A stretch of DNA of 64,000 nucleotides from Candidatus Bathyarchaeota archaeon (lineage in GTDB: Archaea > Thermoproteota > CALKCG01 > B24): the NCBI GenBank assembly GCA_018396755.1, contig JAGTQM010000002.1, positions 91,609-155,608 of the forward strand, given 5' to 3'. Below the pieces are notes generated by a model. The model was not told the DNA's origin. It searched no databases and saw nothing but the letters and a program-made list of their open reading frames with translations. Positions 54,601-63,013 of this stretch are shown here, piece by piece. Both the position numbers and the translations under genes were made by a program. The stretch's first letter is position 1; each line of letters opens with the position of its first letter.

Positions 54601-56619
54601 ATATTCAGTTTCCTAGGCCTGAAGACTAGGACATACTTAAGAATACGTAGGGGTTCCACCGGGGTTAAGAAGAGTGGTGAAGTCATAGAGACTAAACACG
54701 ATGTGTGGACCATAGTAATCGAAGGTAAGAGGGAGGTTGAGGATGCATTGAGGCTTGGTCTCGCACCACCGGGTTTAGAGGCTAGTCTTGTTAAGGCTGC
54801 TGAGGCTAAGGAAGGTTATCATCCCTTGAGGGCTGGGGTTGATATAGTTAAAACAGTCGAACCTATCTCCCACAACGGATACGCCTATGACATCTACTTA
54901 GATAGGGTTCACGTGTTCTATGCCGGAAGCGGCGTGCTCGTTCACAACTGCCAGGATTGGGACCTCAGATACTTCTTCTATTATGGCTTTATGCCCGACG
55001 GTATGGGCATTAAAACCTCCGTGGCCAGAGCTGCTCAAAGGGCTGAAGTCGCTGTTCTACATTCAGTTAAGGTTTTAGCAGCTGCTCAGACGAATTTCTC
55101 CGGCGGAGAAGGGTTCTACAACTATTTGGTCTTTCTCGCTCCATATATACGCGGTTTAAGCTACGATAACGTTAAGCAACTCATGCAGATGATGTTTTAC
55201 GAGCTAACCCAAATCTACGTAGCTAGGGGGGGTCAACCTGTTTTTTCAAATATTCAGATAGCTCCTGGTGTTCCGAAGCTGTGGGAGGATGCCCCCATAG
55301 TGGCCAGAGGAAGGATTGGACCAGATAAATATGGCGAATACAAAGATGAAGTTAGAGTACTCTACAGAGCATTAAATGAAGTAGCACTTCAAGGAGATTA
55401 CTGGGGTAAACCTTTCAATTTTCCAAAGCTTGAAAACGGTATAATACCTGAGCTTTTCAACAGTGAATACGATGAAGAGTGGCTTTTAGCTCACAAAGTC
55501 GTTACAAAATTCGGCTCACCATATTTTGACAACATGATACCAGAGTATAGAGGCTACGGTAAAGGCGTTTCATGTTACCAGTGTTGTGCGTACAATTTTG
55601 TCGATACTCCTGATAGTGACCCAGAGTTTGAGGAGAAACTCTATTTTGTCGGCGGTAAACATTTCAGTATGGGTTCGTGGCAGGTCGTTACTGTAAACCT
55701 TCCAAGAGCTGCTTATAAATCTAAAGGCGAAGACGATAGACTTTACGAGGAAGTTAAAAGGCTTATGGAGACCTGTGTAGACGTGTTTAAAACTAAGCAT
55801 CAATGGATGAAGTTGATGATTGAAAACAATAGAATACCCTTTGCAACGCAGAGGCCAAGAGACCCCATCACAGGTGAGCGGGGGCCACCACCTGTGAACT
55901 TCGAAGAGTTAGTATGGACGATAGGAATAGTCGGAGTAAATGAAATGGTTCAATATCACACAGGGTATCAACTTCACGAATCTGATGAAGCTGTTAAAGT
56001 AGCGATCAGACTTATACTTGAGATGAAGAGTTATCTTAAAGAGCTTGAAGAGAAAAGCGGCTTTAAGCTTGCATTAGCCCGTACACCAGCTGAATCTTGT
56101 GCTCAAAGATTGGCTGTTTGTGATTTGATAGACCCAGAATTTGGAGAAGCCGCTAGGAAGGTTGTTAAAGGTGATTTGGAGTCTGCTGAGAGGCTTTTAA
56201 CCATAGGTGAGCGTGATGTACCTATCTACTATAGTAATGGTACCCATGTTTACGTAGGTGCTAGAATACCGCTATTAGAGAGAATGAGAATAGAGAATAG
56301 GTTCTTCCCGGTTCTAAATGGGGGGAACATGTTCCACATTTGGCTGGGAGAAGCATCGTCAGATCCGGAGGCTCTTTACAGGTTTACTAAGCGTATCGCT
56401 ATGCAGACTCAAATAGGATATTTTGCATACACTAAAGATTTAACGATATGCGAAGATTGTAATAGAGTTTCAGGTGGATTAAACTCCTACTGTTTAGAAT
56501 GTGGTTCAACGAGGGTTAGATGGTGGTCTAGAGTCACTGGATACTACCAAGAGGTTAAAGGATGGAATAGAGCCAAGAGGCATGAATTCTTCGAAAGATA
56601 CAGAGTTTCAATAACCTAG
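51586..56619 (+). CDS. nrdD: Anaerobic ribonucleoside-triphosphate reductase (class III), precursor containing two inteins
   Basis: N-terminal ATP-cone, ENAN motif, GEIHIHDLEY, CQDWDLRYFF, a C-terminal Zn ribbon (C..C...C..C) and glycyl-radical motif SRVTGYY. 1677 aa, of which 941 aa are intein sequence; the spliced product would be 736 aa. Confidence 0.9.
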   Translation: MRRMVEAVKPLPMVRSSSGHFIPWNRQSIVNSLLKETKLATMFFGVRPITEEEAESIALEVEAKIRSMDLKFVSGPLIREIVNTVLLEKGSLNPIYRIYRNVYTRVGTPVHDAYEIDIGKGFEAKENANLQPNAESLPPDELVVIDIGCGFRLTPIGEVIDKLIEKNPHKVMSNGRSEFLKVDEDLYVVSFDEDLKVKPQLVTAVVRHKGKEVYEVRLENGRKVKVTEDHNFFTIRDGELAPAPLSELGVGSYVAVPKAIRRRAIIHEINVVERLLNTCDNEELKLFYLRSEKVPKWLSKGDLWPLFKRYGNRLIRNIPFTRKEWTNRISLWKHRRVMPLIAFKYLNISLNELDEHDEVCGWRTKKGYGIPAVLKLSRELGLILGLLISEGWLGSDTAARSLRSGFLNTKVSVSNTNEEVLLKLSEAWIKVFNRRPRLQGRGKIKRLILGTRSLMFLLKKGLDIPIAKSKFKTLPSWLYKAPEHCIAGFLEGIYLGDGDLNKGSISSTSKLLVQQIALLMLCLGIYPRTYSEKGGYEHVLYVRGASLLELRKLTGLPFKLSTPIEYGDVIPGVEALLVKLKSSLRWDGWCHEAQKCSAMLSRWLSGVKPTRGALKNLVFMVKTRAKQYDGAILEKLNKIIESDLRFERIVEIRQVETPPYTYDFEVRPEGRDLENFLGGTGYICLHNTAHKKKADKTSKEEYLLLMPIELADAHLKGEIHIHDLEYFGTRPFCLSPENVLVCRVGGIVKLTTVGDVFTNLDYKPSSGFETASCNSVEVLTPEGFVRVAKVSRRSCNSILRITTERGFMVELTEEHRVPLADGRLVEARMVKPGDKLKVMATPNYEDISLNTSEVNGVVITPELARLIGYFIADGNYDVKVGEFYNLVFTFDKSSEVLIGDVCSIIKGLGFNYTVYDHSKRAMREIQIIGSGRKLYELLHEKLGIRRVKAPDKRLPEWVLNLPRKLLVEVLRGLIAGNGGIHASKEKGGFIQISSTSKTLIEQLQLIFSFLGLKTRTYLRIRRGSTGVKKSGEVIETKHDVWTIVIEGKREVEDALRLGLAPPGLEASLVKAAEAKEGYHPLRAGVDIVKTVEPISHNGYAYDIYLDRVHVFYAGSGVLVHNCQDWDLRYFFYYGFMPDGMGIKTSVARAAQRAEVAVLHSVKVLAAAQTNFSGGEGFYNYLVFLAPYIRGLSYDNVKQLMQMMFYELTQIYVARGGQPVFSNIQIAPGVPKLWEDAPIVARGRIGPDKYGEYKDEVRVLYRALNEVALQGDYWGKPFNFPKLENGIIPELFNSEYDEEWLLAHKVVTKFGSPYFDNMIPEYRGYGKGVSCYQCCAYNFVDTPDSDPEFEEKLYFVGGKHFSMGSWQVVTVNLPRAAYKSKGEDDRLYEEVKRLMETCVDVFKTKHQWMKLMIENNRIPFATQRPRDPITGERGPPPVNFEELVWTIGIVGVNEMVQYHTGYQLHESDEAVKVAIRLILEMKSYLKELEEKSGFKLALARTPAESCAQRLAVCDLIDPEFGEAARKVVKGDLESAERLLTIGERDVPIYYSNGTHVYVGARIPLLERMRIENRFFPVLNGGNMFHIWLGEASSDPEALYRFTKRIAMQTQIGYFAYTKDLTICEDCNRVSGGLNSYCLECGSTRVRWWSRVTGYYQEVKGWNRAKRHEFFERYRVSIT
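51991..53646 (+). mobile_element. Intein 1 in NrdD (552 aa, Ser1...His-Asn/Thr+1) with LAGLIDADG homing-endonuclease domain
   Basis: Block A SLPPDELVVID, block B VKVTEDHNFFT, LAGLIDADG motifs LGLILGLLISEGW and IAGFLEGIYLGDGD, block F/G YDFEV...GYICLHN followed by T. Removal restores ENANLQPNAE-TAHKK...EIHIHDL. Confidence 0.85.
53782..54948 (+). mobile_element. Intein 2 in NrdD (389 aa, Cys1...His-Asn/Cys+1) with LAGLIDADG homing-endonuclease domain
   Basis: Block A CLSPENVLV, block B ELTEEHRVPL, LAGLIDADG motifs LARLIGYFIADGN and LVEVLRGLIAGNGG, block G YDIYL...GVLVHN followed by C of the conserved CQDWDL. Confidence 0.9.
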
Positions 56620-56631
56620 CTCTATTTTTAT

Positions 56632-57360
56632 TTGGGAGGCTTCTCTTCTGTGATTATTAAAGGGTTTATCGATGTAAGCTTCGTAGACTGGAATGGACAT
56701 GTTGCATCCGTCATTTGGACACCGGGATGCAACTTTAGATGCCCATTCTGTTTTAATAAAACGCTGGTATTGAACCCGGATTCTCTGCCAGATGTTTCTG
56801 AAGAATATGTCCTAGATTTTCTTGGAAGAAATAGAGAGCTTCTAGACGGCTTATGTATAACTGGTGGAGAGCCTACTCTTCAACCAGATTTAGACGTATT
56901 TTGTTTAAAAGTTAAGAAGCTTGGTTTAAAGGTTAAATTGGATTCCAACGGCTCAAATCCAGAAGCCCTTGAATATCTAATTTCAAGCGGTCTTGTGGAC
57001 TTTATTGCTCTAGATATTAAAGCACCTCTTAACTTGGAAAGTTATAGAAGAGCTATAGGTGTACAATCTGAGGGACACGTTGGGAAGGTTATGGAGAGTA
57101 TACGCCTTCTAATGGGTTCAAACATCGATTATGAGTTCAGGAGCACCATCGTACCAAATTTACACGGCGAATATGAGGTTGAACAGATCTGTAAAACCAT
57201 AAAGGGAGCTAAGAAATACGTTTTGCAAGCTTACAACCCCAGAGAACCGATTGATCCAACATTTAAAGACGTTAAACCCCCTAGCCAAAGCTTTATGCTT
57301 CAATTGGCTAAAATAGCTTCAAAATACGTAGAGAAAGTATCCGTTAGAGGATTATCCTAA
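56632..57360 (+). CDS. nrdG: Anaerobic RNR activating enzyme (radical SAM)
   Basis: TTG start. SFVDWNGHVASVIWTPGCNFRCPFCFN (CxxxCxxC), then GGEPTL; 242 aa. Lies directly after nrdD. Confidence 0.85.
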   Translation: MGGFSSVIIKGFIDVSFVDWNGHVASVIWTPGCNFRCPFCFNKTLVLNPDSLPDVSEEYVLDFLGRNRELLDGLCITGGEPTLQPDLDVFCLKVKKLGLKVKLDSNGSNPEALEYLISSGLVDFIALDIKAPLNLESYRRAIGVQSEGHVGKVMESIRLLMGSNIDYEFRSTIVPNLHGEYEVEQICKTIKGAKKYVLQAYNPREPIDPTFKDVKPPSQSFMLQLAKIASKYVEKVSVRGLS

Positions 57361-58673
57361 GGCAGTATTCTTTCTGGGTCTCTAGGTATCAGTGTGGCTT
57401 CCCTTACATTTTCTATTTTTAGGATTGATGAAGTTAATCTCTCAAGTCCTGTTCCAGAACCTCCATGGGGTGGTATTCCACATTTGAAAAACTCTAAGTA
57501 GAAGCTTAGATCTTCAGGGTTTAAGCCCTTTTCAATACATTGGTCAACTAATTTACGGTATCTGTGCTCCCTTTGACCTCCAGTTGTCACCTCTAAGCCA
57601 TTCCATATAAGGTCGAAAGACCTAGTCCATTCAGGCTCTTCTTCAATTCTCATCGTGTAGAAGGGCCTAGGCTTCCAAGGGAATTCACTCAGAAAGAACT
57701 GCGTATAACCATATTCCCTTTCTACGATATTTGAAAGTCTTCTCTCACCCTCCGGGTTTAAGTCTTCCATATACTCTGGTTTAAACCCTTCAGCCTCTAA
57801 TAGTCTGTAGGCTTCACGCATAGGTATTCTCGGTATTGGCGTTTTAATAGGCTCTACCTCCACATTCAATATTCCAAGTTCTTCCTTACACTTCCTCGAG
57901 ACAACTTGACAGACTGCGCTAATCATTTCTTCAATAATCATTATAACATCTTCATCGCTTTCTATGTAACCCATTTCGAAATCTATACTCACATACTCGC
58001 ATAAATGCCTAGGCGTGTGGTGCTTTTCAGCTCTAAAAACGGGACCAATTTCAAATACCCTTTCAAACCCAGCCGCCATAAGCATTTGCTTATAGAATTG
58101 AGGGCTTTGAGCGAGGAAAACCTTTCTTCCAAAATAGTCTACGGGGAAGACATTGGCACCAGATTCTGTTGCTTGGGCTACGAGTTTAGATGTGTGGACT
58201 TCTCTAAAACATTTCTCTCTGAAGAAACTATCTAAAGCTTCGCAGATAGTGCTTTGAATTTTAAATATTGACGCTACTTTCGGGTTTCTAAGGTCTAGAA
58301 ACCTGTATCTAAGCCTTTTATCTAAACCAGTTTTAATTATATCTGTTCTGTAGAATTCTATGGCTGGTTGCTCTACAGCCTCACATAAGACTTCAACATC
58401 TCTAGGCTCCATTTCCAACCCCAATTTAGCAATACTACTTTGAAAGACATTACCCTTAACTGCTATAACGCTTTCACGTTTAATCTTTCTAAGAGACTCG
58501 AACAGCTCATCTGGTACGGAGCCTCTTTTAGCCGTTATCTGTATGAATCCAGAGGAATCTCTCAATATGAGGAAAACTATGTTTTTAAGTTCTCTAACTT
58601 CATGTACGAACCCTGCAACTACTACGTCTCCCCTAGCTTCTTTGACTAAGACTCGCCTTCTAAGGTCGATCAA
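57357..58673 (-). CDS. aspS: Aspartyl-tRNA synthetase (archaeal type)
   Basis: 438 aa. OB-fold N-domain and class II motifs ([39 protein letters not shown]). Colinear with archaeal AspRS of the same length. Confidence 0.9.
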   Translation of the reverse strand: MIDLRRRVLVKEARGDVVVAGFVHEVRELKNIVFLILRDSSGFIQITAKRGSVPDELFESLRKIKRESVIAVKGNVFQSSIAKLGLEMEPRDVEVLCEAVEQPAIEFYRTDIIKTGLDKRLRYRFLDLRNPKVASIFKIQSTICEALDSFFREKCFREVHTSKLVAQATESGANVFPVDYFGRKVFLAQSPQFYKQMLMAAGFERVFEIGPVFRAEKHHTPRHLCEYVSIDFEMGYIESDEDVIMIIEEMISAVCQVVSRKCKEELGILNVEVEPIKTPIPRIPMREAYRLLEAEGFKPEYMEDLNPEGERRLSNIVEREYGYTQFFLSEFPWKPRPFYTMRIEEEPEWTRSFDLIWNGLEVTTGGQREHRYRKLVDQCIEKGLNPEDLSFYLEFFKCGIPPHGGSGTGLERLTSSILKIENVREATLIPRDPERILP

Positions 58674-58702
58674 ACCAGTTACACCCTTATGTGATTCGGC
58701 TT

Positions 58703-59335
58703 TTAACCGCTTTGCTTAACCTGTTTTAATATTGTCTTATAATGTTCTTCATCCAATACGCCTATTTGATAGAGGATCTTCGAAGCCTCTTTTATAGTTA
58801 ACAAGCTGAAAAGCCTTATGCCTGATTTAGCTAAGGCTTTTCTTCCACCCTCTTCTCTGTCCATCAGTACAAGCGCTTTATCTACAATACCGCCTTCAGC
58901 TTCAACCATGGACGCTGCTCTAAGAATACTTTTACCCGTTGTTATGAGGTCGTCTATGACGATTACCCTATCTCCAGAATTTAATACGCCTTCTATGTTT
59001 CTCCCTGTGCCATGAGCCTTCACCTCTTCTCTAACGTATAGGAATGGTTTTTCAACCCTGAAGGCTATGACTGAAGCGAAAGGTATACCAGCTGTAGGTA
59101 TGCCAGCTATTCTATCAAAACTATCCAGACCTATGTCCTCCTCAACCATACGTACGTATATGTCGCATATTTTTCTAAACGCTTCAACATGACTCGGTAT
59201 AAGCCGTAGATCAATATAGTATGGGCTTATCTTACCACTTGTAAGTTTGAAAACTCCAAACTTTAAAGCTCCAAGTCTAACCAGCACATTGCAGACATAT
59301 TCTTTAGCTTCAGCTCTCCAGCTCAATACTATCAA
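58703..59335 (-). CDS. pyrE: Orotate phosphoribosyltransferase
   Basis: PRPP-binding motif RVIVIDDLITTGKS and FKLTSGK.SPYYIDLR N-terminal pattern; 210 aa. Confidence 0.85.
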   Translation of the reverse strand: MIVLSWRAEAKEYVCNVLVRLGALKFGVFKLTSGKISPYYIDLRLIPSHVEAFRKICDIYVRMVEEDIGLDSFDRIAGIPTAGIPFASVIAFRVEKPFLYVREEVKAHGTGRNIEGVLNSGDRVIVIDDLITTGKSILRAASMVEAEGGIVDKALVLMDREEGGRKALAKSGIRLFSLLTIKEASKILYQIGVLDEEHYKTILKQVKQSG

Positions 59336-59501
59336 CTAGAAGATAACAGTAGAAATACTAAATAAACTTAGACTCTCTACCACATTAAAGCACATTGTAC
59401 AATTAGACTCTACTCTCTACTCATAGTAATTAGAAAAAAGAAGGTTCAACAATTCAAACCGATTCTAGGCAGATTTTACACATATGTGTTTTTAACACTG
59501 G

Positions 59502-60290
59502 TTAAATCAGACTTTTTAAGTACTTTACGCATTTTGGCAGTTCTTTCTCCGGGTCTCCTGGGATTCCACATTCAAGAGCCATAAAGTTCTTGTAGCCGAT
59601 TTTCTTCAATGCGACGAAGCTCGATTTAAAGTCTGTATGACCATATCCAGGTAGTAGGCGGTTGCTGTCTGCCAAGTGTACGTGGAATATGTATCCAGCC
59701 GCGTCTTCTATGCTCTTAGCTATATCTGCTTCTTCAATGCTCATGTGGAAGAGGTCGGCCATTATCTTAATATACTCTTTCCCAGAGGCTTCACATACTT
59801 CGACTGCCTGTTGAAGCCTATTGATGAAGTGGGTTTCATAACGGTTTAAAGGCTCTAGTAGGACATAAGAGCCGACTTCTTCAGCGTAATCGCCCAAAAT
59901 TTTACATTCCTCTATTAAAATCTGCCTTTCAACGTCTCTAACGTTTGGATACCAAGGGTATAAGTCTGGAATTTTAGGTCCGTCGAATGTAGGTACGGTT
60001 ATAACGCCGACGCCTCCAAGTTCAGCACAGAGTTTAAGCCTCTCCTTCAACCCTTCAATAGCAATCTCCCGCGTCTTCCGATCTGCACCTAATAGGTCTC
60101 CACCATACCCTGCACAGACAGTTGAAATTTTGACTTTCGAAGTGTTCAATGCATCTTTAATCTCCTTAAACCTCTGCGGCAAATCGCTTCCCCATACTTC
60201 TAAACCATCAAAACCGTATGCTTCTATTTTCGCAAGTTTTTCAATCAGCGTTTTACCTGGAGCTAAATTCTCTTGAATAGCTAGCTTCAT
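59502..60290 (-). CDS. Sugar-phosphate isomerase/epimerase (xylose-isomerase-like TIM barrel)
   Basis: 262 aa. G(F/Y)DG(L/V)E, LEPLNRYET and H.HLAD motifs typical of the AP-endonuclease-2/xylose-isomerase-like fold. Confidence 0.7.
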   Translation of the reverse strand: MKLAIQENLAPGKTLIEKLAKIEAYGFDGLEVWGSDLPQRFKEIKDALNTSKVKISTVCAGYGGDLLGADRKTREIAIEGLKERLKLCAELGGVGVITVPTFDGPKIPDLYPWYPNVRDVERQILIEECKILGDYAEEVGSYVLLEPLNRYETHFINRLQQAVEVCEASGKEYIKIMADLFHMSIEEADIAKSIEDAAGYIFHVHLADSNRLLPGYGHTDFKSSFVALKKIGYKNFMALECGIPGDPEKELPKCVKYLKSLI

Positions 60291-60548
60291 AAGAACACCA
60301 TACTTAACTTAAAGCTGACTTTATTTAAAATAATTTCTCCTGACCCACTTCCTACATACGTCCGTTTTTTAACCACTCAATAGTGAAAACGCATAGAGTA
60401 TGCTAAGAAATCTACTTCCGATAAAAAAGTCTCAAGATGCTTGAGAGAGCTGATTGCCTGTATAAAGTCCGTGTCTTTGAATACGGATCATGATAAATCC
60501 CACGTAAATATGGTGTGGAAAGATGAAGTAAACTATGCAACTGTGAGA

Positions 60549-61610
60549 TCAATATTCTCCGCTTCGTATTGGATATTTTCCGTATTTTTCAGCAGTCCTA
60601 TACATTGCTAATGCGTTTTCAGGAGGCACATATCTAGTCAATACATTTGTTGTGCTCAGTATATATCCTCCTCCAGGAGCAACTTCCCTTATCAACCTTA
60701 AAACTTCAGCTTTAACCTCTTCAGACGAGCCTAATGGCAGTAAATAGTCTAAGTCTAGATTGCCCATTAAGCATATGTACTCGCCCCACTTCCTCTTTAT
60801 GGAAACTATGTCTACACTGGCGTTTGGTTGGAGACTGTGCAATCCATCGAAGCCAGCTTTTACAACGTCCTCCACAAGCTGTGTTACGTTTCCATCGCAG
60901 TGGAATATGACGGGTAAACCGAGCCTATGCGCCAATTTAACCTCCTGAGCTAGATAGGGGAAGACGAATTCGTGTAGGTGGCTTAGAGATATAAACGGTC
61001 CTTTATCGTAAGCCAAATCATCGCCTAAAAGTATTACATGCGCACCTGAATCTGCGTATAATCTTATAACTTTGAGTTCAAATTTAATGACTTCTTCGAT
61101 AACTTTCTTAAGTAAATGTGGATACTTATATAGTGTTTTCACGTAAGTCTCTAAACCCATTAACGGATATACTGAGTCAAAAGCTCCACCAACTTGAGCA
61201 AAAACACAGAGGTCTGTCTTCTCAGACCATAATTTGACACCGTCAGCTCTATAAAGGGAAATATCAGGCATTCTGAAGTCTTTAAAGTCTTCTGGACTTG
61301 CCAGTCCGTATTTTAGATATGTCCTCGTTTTACCACTCTCCACCCACTCATTGCCAAAGTAGTCTCTATATATCGGATAGCCTTTCTCAGTCTTACCGAT
61401 AACTTCGACTTTAGGTCCGCCGTTAAGTCCAACATTTACCAAATCTATTTTCAATAGGCGTCTTACCTTGATATGTGCTTCAAACCAGTTCACCAACGGT
61501 TCATTTAGAAGGGAGGAGACAAGTTCATCGTGTATTTGAAGCTCACCTTTCGGCACTTTATCAGGCTCCTCAATATTTAAAGCCCTATAGATCCTCTCAA
61601 CTTTATCCAT
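60549..61610 (-). CDS. URO-D-like family protein (second copy)
   Basis: 353 aa. N-terminal EEPDKVP and the TIM-barrel URO-D/MtaA-like pattern (GDDLAYDKGPFIS..H..EF..P, FHCDGN). Paralogous in architecture to 37189..38280. Confidence 0.65.
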   Translation of the reverse strand: MDKVERIYRALNIEEPDKVPKGELQIHDELVSSLLNEPLVNWFEAHIKVRRLLKIDLVNVGLNGGPKVEVIGKTEKGYPIYRDYFGNEWVESGKTRTYLKYGLASPEDFKDFRMPDISLYRADGVKLWSEKTDLCVFAQVGGAFDSVYPLMGLETYVKTLYKYPHLLKKVIEEVIKFELKVIRLYADSGAHVILLGDDLAYDKGPFISLSHLHEFVFPYLAQEVKLAHRLGLPVIFHCDGNVTQLVEDVVKAGFDGLHSLQPNASVDIVSIKRKWGEYICLMGNLDLDYLLPLGSSEEVKAEVLRLIREVAPGGGYILSTTNVLTRYVPPENALAMYRTAEKYGKYPIRSGEY

Positions 61611-62176
61611 TTAATTCATCGCAATAGTCGAATTCTGAAATATAAAAGTTTTAAACATTACGTTCTCACGTAGGATTAGCTCACCCATTTCTCCCTTAGC
61701 CCTGCTGAGAAACCAAGCTTTCGATACGTCGAACAATAAGTATTCTTCATAGGGTTTGATACCCACCTTAATCCTGCCATCTCTATAAGAGTATAACGTC
61801 TCCTTTATCCTCACAAATCTCTTCTTTACGGTCGGCTTCGCCCTACTTCGATTCCCCTTAAGGTAGCTTCTCCTCCAAGACTTTAGGATTGAGTATGCTT
61901 GTTTGATCGCTGAATCCACGTAATGCTTTGAATAATTCAATCTTTCAGAAGCAGATCCCTTAGATGGTGGTGTTTGAAGTATCCATCCTTGGGGATTATC
62001 GGTATGAGTTTCCTTCTGCCCCTCTTATCGTGCTTCTTAACCCACCTAATATTAGACCATATTTCATCCATAGTCCTTTGAAGCAACAGCCTATACGCTT
62101 CGAGGAAATCCCCGACTTCATAGTTGTGTTTGACGTTGTAAGCTCTAACCTGATATAAGCTCCTTGACACCTTCAA
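61611..62176 (-). pseudogene. tnpB: IS200/IS605-family TnpB (OrfB) remnant: N-terminal ~190 aa only, frameshifted
   Basis: Two ORFs join as ...HHLRDLLLKD(W)NYSKHYVDSAIKQAYSILKSWRRSYLKGNRSRAKP..KKRFVRIK, the typical N-terminal region of archaeal TnpB. A 1-nt deletion (TGG to TG) lies near 61938-61942. The RuvC/Zn-finger half is absent, and the remnant ends exactly at the start codon of the URO-D-like gene. Confidence 0.75.
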
Positions 62177-62339
62177 CGACCCCCTTATCCCACCTCTGGA
62201 TAGTTCCTGTAGTAGCTCCTAAGAGTTTTTCGCCTCTTTGAGCGTGTAAAGTCTCTCCATCAACACTTTTTACAAGTCATGTCTATTTAAATCCATCTAT
62301 TCTGAACTGCTGAACACGGCGAGTTGAGTCTTTCAGAAG

Positions 62340-62580
62340 TGAAACAATATAATGGCGGTATAAGGTTAGAAGCAATTGGAGAGGGCCGCCGACATTGACA
62401 GGAGGGGTTAATGCTACAGTAAAGTTGAAAACAGATAAAGAGCTGGAAGTCTAGGCCTTAGATGATAAAGGTCAGAGGAAGAGGCAAATTCCAATTCAAA
62501 ACGAGAGAAACTACAAGACATTCACAGTCGGATTTGAATATTCAACAATATGGTATGAAATAGCTGTGAAGGAAGAGTAA
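62340..62580 (+). pseudogene. Possible decayed gene fragment (C-terminal beta-sandwich-like tail with in-frame stop and frameshift)
   Basis: Translation gives ..GIRLEAIGEGRRH* and then, in another frame, TGGVNATVKLKTDKELEV*ALDDKGQRKRQIPIQNERNYKTFTVGFEYSTIWYEIAVKEE*. Protein-like composition, but the frame is broken. Confidence 0.3.
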
Positions 62581-62698
62581 ACATATTGAAACAGATAAAT
62601 TAGAAGATAGTAATGCCCAACTCTGCTAAATCGTAATATCCGTAAAAATAACCCCTACTTAACATTTTTAAATAACATTTTTACTAGTCAAAAATAGA

Positions 62699-62796
62699 GC
62701 CGGGGTAGCTCAGCGGGCTAGAGCGCCAGACTCATAATCTGGAGAACCCGGAAGCCCAGGGTCCAGAAGCCGAGGGTTCGAAACCCTCCCCCGGCA
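62699..62796 (+). tRNA. tRNA with anticodon CAU (elongator Met or Ile2) carrying a 24-nt non-canonical intron near the variable-loop/T-stem junction
   Basis: Acceptor GCCGGGG/CCCCGGC with discriminator A; D arm GCTC-AGCGGGCTA-GAGC; anticodon arm CCAGA-CTCATAA-TCTGG; T arm GAGGG-TTCGAAA-CCCTC. 29 nt lie between the anticodon stem and T stem where 5 are expected. Removing 24 nt (about 62748-62771) leaves variable loop AGAAC and a 74-nt tRNA. G1-C72 excludes an initiator. Confidence 0.9.
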
Positions 62797-63013
62797 CTAC
62801 TATGGAATTTTTGACGAGCATCAACAGTTTACTTACGTTTTCTGCTGATTGCCACTCTTCAGATGCTTTAGAGAAGTCATCGAAAAGACTCTAAGCTAGA
62901 ACGGTCTAAAACGGAAACTATAACAGCTTTATATACGATGAAAAAAACTCTAGGGGGAGAAGTCTAAAAAGGCTTGGAAAACCTTTTCCCTGGCTTTTTA
63001 AGCTAGGAAGAGT

